Below are positions 59,897-64,000 of a stretch of 64,000 nt of DNA, piece after piece. Source of the stretch: Thermoanaerobaculia bacterium (GTDB lineage Bacteria > Acidobacteriota > Thermoanaerobaculia > Gp7-AA8); the NCBI GenBank assembly GCA_963719365.1, contig OY970380.1:590903-654902 (forward strand), in the 5' to 3' direction. The notes under the pieces were generated by a model. That model was not told the origin of the DNA. It saw only the letters and a program-made list of their open reading frames with translations, and made no database searches. A program made the position numbers and the translations under genes. The first letter of the stretch is position 1, and each line of letters begins with the position of its first letter.

Positions 59897-61301
59897 TTGG
59901 CCGCCGCTCCAGCACGATGCCTAGTCGCTGCATTTTTCGATACAGCGCCTGGCGCGAGACGCCGAGCGCTTTGGCGGCGTCGGAGACGTTGCCGCCGCCA
60001 TCGCGAAGCAGATTCTCGATCTGCTCTTTCTCGCCGTGAACGGGAGCGGCGGCGAGCGGTCGATCGGTTGAGAGGCCGAGGTCGGCTGCGGAGAGAACGT
60101 CTGCAGCCGCTGTGACGGTGGCGCGCTGAATGCGGTTCTGCAGCTCGCGGATGTTGCCCGGCCAGTCGTAGGCGACGAGCGCCTCGCGCGCATCGGCGCT
60201 GAGCCGCCATCCGCGGCTCGAGCTTTTTCGCGCGGCGACGAGGAACGACTCCGCGACCGGCAGCACATCCTCGCGGCGTTCGCGCAACGGCGGCACATGA
60301 ATCTCGATCACGTTGAGGCGGAAGAAAAGATCTTCGCGAAACGCTCCGCTGCGAACGCCTTGTGCGAGATCGGCGTTCGTCGCGCAGAGAAGACGGACAT
60401 CGACGCGGCGCGTGTCGCTGCTGCCGAGCCGTTCGAACTCGCCGTTCTGCAGGACCCGCAGCAATTTCGCCTGCCCGGCTGATGACAAGTTCCCGATCTC
60501 ATCGAGGAACAATGTTCCGCCGTTCGCAGTCTCGAACCTTCCGATGCGCAGCCGTTTCGATCCCGTGAACGCCCCCGCCTCGGCGCCAAACAATTCGCTC
60601 TCAAGTAACTCATCGGGCAACGCGCCGGCGTTGACCTTGATAAATGGAGCCTTGCGACGCCGCGAGTTGGCGTGAATCAAGTCCGCGATCTTTTCCTTGC
60701 CGGTTCCGTTCGGTCCGGTGATCAGCACCGGCACGTCGGCGCCGGCGACTTGCAGAGCCAGCGTGACGATGCGATGCATGGCCGTGCTTTCGTAAACGAC
60801 GCCGCAAAGATCGACGCTCGCGGCCAGTGCGGAGCGAGAGCGCCGTACGTCGCGCTCGCCGCGCCGTTCGGTCAGCGCGTTGCCGACGATGGCGAGCAGT
60901 TTGTCGTCGTTCCACGGTTTGGCGAGGTAGTCGATCGCCCCTTCCTTCACCATCTGCACGGCCGTCTCGAGCGCGGTCCAGGCGGTGAGAAGAATGACCG
61001 GCATGCCGGGATCGATCGCGCGAACGGTGCGGAAGAGCGCCAGGCCCTGTTCGCCGCCTGTTGCGCCGGGCGTGAAGTTCATGTCCTGGACGACGACGTC
61101 GGCATCACCGCGGCGGATCACTTCCTCAGCATCGGCTGGATTCGAAACGGCGATGGCGTCGATGCCGTGAATGTCGAACAGCAGCAACAGGGCTTTGGCA
61201 ACCGCTGGCTGATCTTCTACGATCAGGACCGTTCCGTCGATGCGGCCCTGTCCGTGCGTCGAAGCCATGCTCAGCGCCTGTTGCTGCTGCGTTCCAATCA
61301 A
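59883..61301 (-). CDS. Sigma-54-dependent response regulator (NtrC family: REC, AAA+ sigma-54 interaction, HTH_8)
   Basis: REC domain with conserved Asp. Walker A GPNGTGKE. GAFTGS motif ESELFGAEAGAFTGS. C-terminal Fis-type HTH. 472 aa. Confidence 0.9.
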   Translation of the reverse strand: MIGTQQQQALSMASTHGQGRIDGTVLIVEDQPAVAKALLLLFDIHGIDAIAVSNPADAEEVIRRGDADVVVQDMNFTPGATGGEQGLALFRTVRAIDPGMPVILLTAWTALETAVQMVKEGAIDYLAKPWNDDKLLAIVGNALTERRGERDVRRSRSALAASVDLCGVVYESTAMHRIVTLALQVAGADVPVLITGPNGTGKEKIADLIHANSRRRKAPFIKVNAGALPDELLESELFGAEAGAFTGSKRLRIGRFETANGGTLFLDEIGNLSSAGQAKLLRVLQNGEFERLGSSDTRRVDVRLLCATNADLAQGVRSGAFREDLFFRLNVIEIHVPPLRERREDVLPVAESFLVAARKSSSRGWRLSADAREALVAYDWPGNIRELQNRIQRATVTAAADVLSAADLGLSTDRPLAAAPVHGEKEQIENLLRDGGGNVSDAAKALGVSRQALYRKMQRLGIVLERRPRGQV

Positions 61302-61302
61302 C

Positions 61303-62505
61303 TCATGCTCCGCGCGTGGCGATCACCGGCGAGAAGCGTGTCGCGCGCATCGCCGGAATCAGTGTAGCGATGATTCCCTGCAACCAAAGCAGGACGACGG
61401 CAGCGGCGACGAATCGCCAATCGAGTTTCGCTCCAGCCGTCTTCGTAACGAGCAGCACGTTCAGTCCGTACGCTGCGGCCACGCCAAGAATCAAACCAGC
61501 ATTCGTCACGATCCAATTTTCCAGCAGGAAGTAACGGAGAACGGCTCCTTTGGTTGCACCGAGGGCGCGGCGGGTGCCGATCTGCTTGCGGCGCTCGGTG
61601 ACGGAGAACGCGGTCACGCCGACGATGCCGAGGCCGGTGACGAGGATGATCAGAACGATGACCAGCGACATCGCCGTGCGCACGATCCTCCCCTGCACGA
61701 AGTAGTTGTCCTTGATCTCGCTGATCGTTTTCATGTCGATGTTGCGTCCGTTGTTTGCCTGCAGCATGCGTTTCTCGATCAACGGCGTGGTCTGCTTCAT
61801 CGAGCCAGGCGCGACGCGGACGAGGTACTGGGCGCCGCGGCGCGATACATGTCCGGCGTAGAAGATCGCGTATTCATGGATCGGCCATCCGTACGGGTTG
61901 TAGAACGGATCGAAGGTGCCGACGACGTTGACGATGGTGTTGTCGGAATCCTTGAGCTGCCGGCCAACGGCACTCTTCCCTTTGAACACGAGCCGTTCGA
62001 GATCGCGCGAGATGATGGCGGTGCTCGGCGCTTTCGAGTTCGGATCGTCGTCGATGTCGGTGTCGCGGATGTTCCGTCCGGAAACGAGATGGACTCCGAG
62101 CGCATCGAGGATGCCCGGCGTGTTGTAGTACATCTGCGTGCGAAACTTGCTGCCGTCGCCGTCGCCGGCCGCGACTTCGCCGGAGCTGCCGCCGCCCTGC
62201 CACGGCAGGAAATTCGTGTTGGCCACCGCGACGACGCCGGGCGTGGCCTGGATCGCGCGAAGGTCGGCGTTGACCGCGGCGACGCGGTACGGAAGATCCT
62301 TGAATCCCGGCGCGAACGGCTTGGTGCGGACCCAGACGATGTTGTCGTCGTCGAAGCCCGAGGTCTTCGTCATCTTCACGCTTTCATCGCGGATCATCGT
62401 GATCGCGTTCGTCACGACGGCGAGCGTGATGGCGATCTGCACGACGATGAGCAGAAAGCGGACTTTGTTGCGTTTCAGGGCGCGGATGATCGGTCCAAAT
62501 TCCAT
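61303..62505 (-). CDS. ABC transporter permease, FtsX/MacB-like (N-terminal TM, large periplasmic domain, 3 C-terminal TM)
   Basis: 400 aa. MEFGPIIRALKRNKVRFLLIVVQIAITLAVV. C-terminal FtsX domain. Confidence 0.8.
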   Translation of the reverse strand: MEFGPIIRALKRNKVRFLLIVVQIAITLAVVTNAITMIRDESVKMTKTSGFDDDNIVWVRTKPFAPGFKDLPYRVAAVNADLRAIQATPGVVAVANTNFLPWQGGGSSGEVAAGDGDGSKFRTQMYYNTPGILDALGVHLVSGRNIRDTDIDDDPNSKAPSTAIISRDLERLVFKGKSAVGRQLKDSDNTIVNVVGTFDPFYNPYGWPIHEYAIFYAGHVSRRGAQYLVRVAPGSMKQTTPLIEKRMLQANNGRNIDMKTISEIKDNYFVQGRIVRTAMSLVIVLIILVTGLGIVGVTAFSVTERRKQIGTRRALGATKGAVLRYFLLENWIVTNAGLILGVAAAYGLNVLLVTKTAGAKLDWRFVAAAVVLLWLQGIIATLIPAMRATRFSPVIATRGA

Positions 62506-62521
62506 GGTCGTCTCCTTTCGG

Positions 62522-63838
62522 TCAGATCTTGAGTTGCACGGCAGGCTGCACGGAACAGATGCGCCAGGCGGGATAGAGGCCGGCCAGAAGTCCGGCTCCG
62601 AGGGACAGGAAAAGCGCGGCCAGGATCATTTCGCTGTCGAGTGCGATGACCGAGGTCGCCGAAATGAACTTGCCGATGAGCTTCATCGCGCCGATGGAGA
62701 GCAGCATGCCGAGGGCGCCACCGGCAAGGCCGACGAGCTCACATTCGGTGATGTGCTGCAGAAAAACATTGATGCGCGTTGCGCCAAGCGCTCTTCTCAC
62801 CGACACCTCGGGAGCGCGAGCGAGAAACTTCCCGAGTAGCAATCCGGTCAGGTTGAGCGCGCAGATGGCGAGAAAGAGGATCGAGATCGCCGCCATGGCG
62901 TTGACCTGCGGCGTGATCACGCCGAACTCCCCCATCAAATCGCGAAGCGACGTGACGCGATTCATGAGCGGGCGCTCGAAGCGGCCATGTTTCTTTTCTT
63001 CGAGGACGTAGCCGTCGACGAAGCGGTGGTATTGCTCCGCATCGGCAGGCGAGCGCAACTCGACCCAGAGCTGCACCCAATCCGTGTCGGAGTTGAGAAA
63101 GTCTTCGAAGGTGTTGCCGGCCGATTTCCAGCCGTCGCTGTTGCCGTTCGAGCGGATCTGCATGCCCGGCGTCAGCGAGAACGGCAGGTAGACCGACTCT
63201 GGTTGGGCGATGAAGTTTCCATTCAGGTCGTACATCCTGATGAACGGGCGCCACGGCTTCAGCACACCGACGACGGTGAATTCGCGGTCTTCGATGCGCA
63301 CCCGTTTGCCGACGGAGTTGACGCCGCCAAACAGCTTCTGATTCATGGCGTCATCGATGACGACGACCTGCTCCGCCTTCGCGTCCGCGCGCTTGTCCCA
63401 CGGTCCGCCGTACGCAAAGGGAACGTCGAACATCGTGAAGAAGTCAGTGAAACAGAGCCGGGTGTCCTCGCTGGACGGACGAGCGACACGCGGATCGGGA
63501 TAGACCGTCATCACCGATCGGAACGAAGCTGTCTGCCGCAACGGGATGTTCGAGCGCATGAGAGCCAGGGCGTCGCGGTAACTGACCTGCGGCGGCATGG
63601 TCGGGCCTGTGCTGTTTTGCCCAGCGGGATACGGCGTGTGCGGATCCCAGTTGTCCATGCGCACATAAAAGAGGTTGCTGCTTTTTCCCGGCAGCGGATC
63701 GCGCGCGAACATGTGCCGCACGGTCGTGAACGTGGTGGAAGCGCAGATGCCGAGGGCGATGCCGCCGATGATGACGGCCGTCAGAACCGGATTGCGGCGG
63801 AGACTCTTGATGGCGATGCGAACGTTGTAGAGGAGCAT
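62522..63838 (-). CDS. ABC transporter permease, FtsX/MacB-like (second copy)
   Basis: 438 aa. IAIKSLRRNPVLTAVIIGGIALGICAS. C-terminal FtsX domain. Confidence 0.8.
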   Translation of the reverse strand: MLLYNVRIAIKSLRRNPVLTAVIIGGIALGICASTTFTTVRHMFARDPLPGKSSNLFYVRMDNWDPHTPYPAGQNSTGPTMPPQVSYRDALALMRSNIPLRQTASFRSVMTVYPDPRVARPSSEDTRLCFTDFFTMFDVPFAYGGPWDKRADAKAEQVVVIDDAMNQKLFGGVNSVGKRVRIEDREFTVVGVLKPWRPFIRMYDLNGNFIAQPESVYLPFSLTPGMQIRSNGNSDGWKSAGNTFEDFLNSDTDWVQLWVELRSPADAEQYHRFVDGYVLEEKKHGRFERPLMNRVTSLRDLMGEFGVITPQVNAMAAISILFLAICALNLTGLLLGKFLARAPEVSVRRALGATRINVFLQHITECELVGLAGGALGMLLSIGAMKLIGKFISATSVIALDSEMILAALFLSLGAGLLAGLYPAWRICSVQPAVQLKI

Positions 63839-63841
63839 CGT

Positions 63842-64000
63842 CGCCTCACTTCGCCGACTTCAGCGCGCCGCCGAAAAGTGCGGGCGGCCGTTCGACGTCA
63901 ATCACGCGTCCGTCGAAGAGATGGATCTCGCGCGATGCGCGCGCAGCGCACTCGGGACTGTGCGTGACCATGACGATGGTCGTGCCGCGGCGGTTGATCT
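63842..64000 (-). CDS. ABC transporter ATP-binding protein, C-terminal fragment (5-prime end beyond window)
   Basis: The minus-strand frame encodes ...INRRGTTIVMVTHSPECAARASREIHLFDGRVIDVERPPALFGGALKSAK-stop, an H-loop/C-terminal ABC ATPase region. Stop lies 4 nt before the permease start. Confidence 0.7.

Overview
High-GC (~65%) bacterial chromosomal window. The gene content suggests Acidobacteriota, but that is an inference from families such as TonB receptors with CarboxypepD_reg domains, DUF4388, S55 SpoIVB-like peptidase and fused LptF/LptG.

The window is mostly housekeeping genes: a TonB receptor, an aminotransferase, a DppABC-like transporter, coaD, ispB-like, yajQ, lolA-like, kdsD, panE, pckA, fused lptFG, hom with a metB-like gene, parAB, miaB, a regulatory PTS (ptsI-ptsH-EIIA-Man), cmk, rluB, scpAB, trpS, an NtrC-family two-component pair, and a MacB/FtsX-type ABC exporter.

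Features beyond ordinary annotation:
1. A REP-associated tyrosine transposase (RAYT) at 35.5-36.6 kb. It is flanked by two inverted copies of a ~94-nt REPIN hairpin, and a related third REPIN is wedged between the two-component genes at 59.8 kb.
2. At least 14 long intergenic inverted repeats whose arms are strand-asymmetric (purine-rich arm followed by a pyrimidine-rich arm) and built from tandem 6-8-mers. One G-rich/C-rich subfamily (G-quadruplex-prone) occurs at six loci and brackets both the RNase P RNA gene and a vapBC module.
3. A 330-bp inverted duplication of a conserved ~105-nt structured unit between a TPR gene and ispB.
4. An RNase P RNA gene (rnpB, minus strand, 45976-46362) that the ORF track does not show.
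5. A ~21-kb block (36.6-58 kb) in which at least 14 genes (zwf, M13 peptidase, AKR, recG, cNMP-binding protein, ldcA, DUF4126 membrane protein, SPOR protein, uvrC, esterase, GT2, beta-propeller protein, S55 peptidase, vapC) are each broken by one or more +/-1 frameshifts, while the flanking ~42 kb has none. This pattern suggests an indel-rich, low-quality sequence region or, alternatively, a decaying duplicated segment bounded by REP-like elements.
6. Two type II toxin-antitoxin pairs: RelE/ParE-like with an antitoxin, and VapBC.

No CRISPR, tRNA, rRNA or prophage was recognised.
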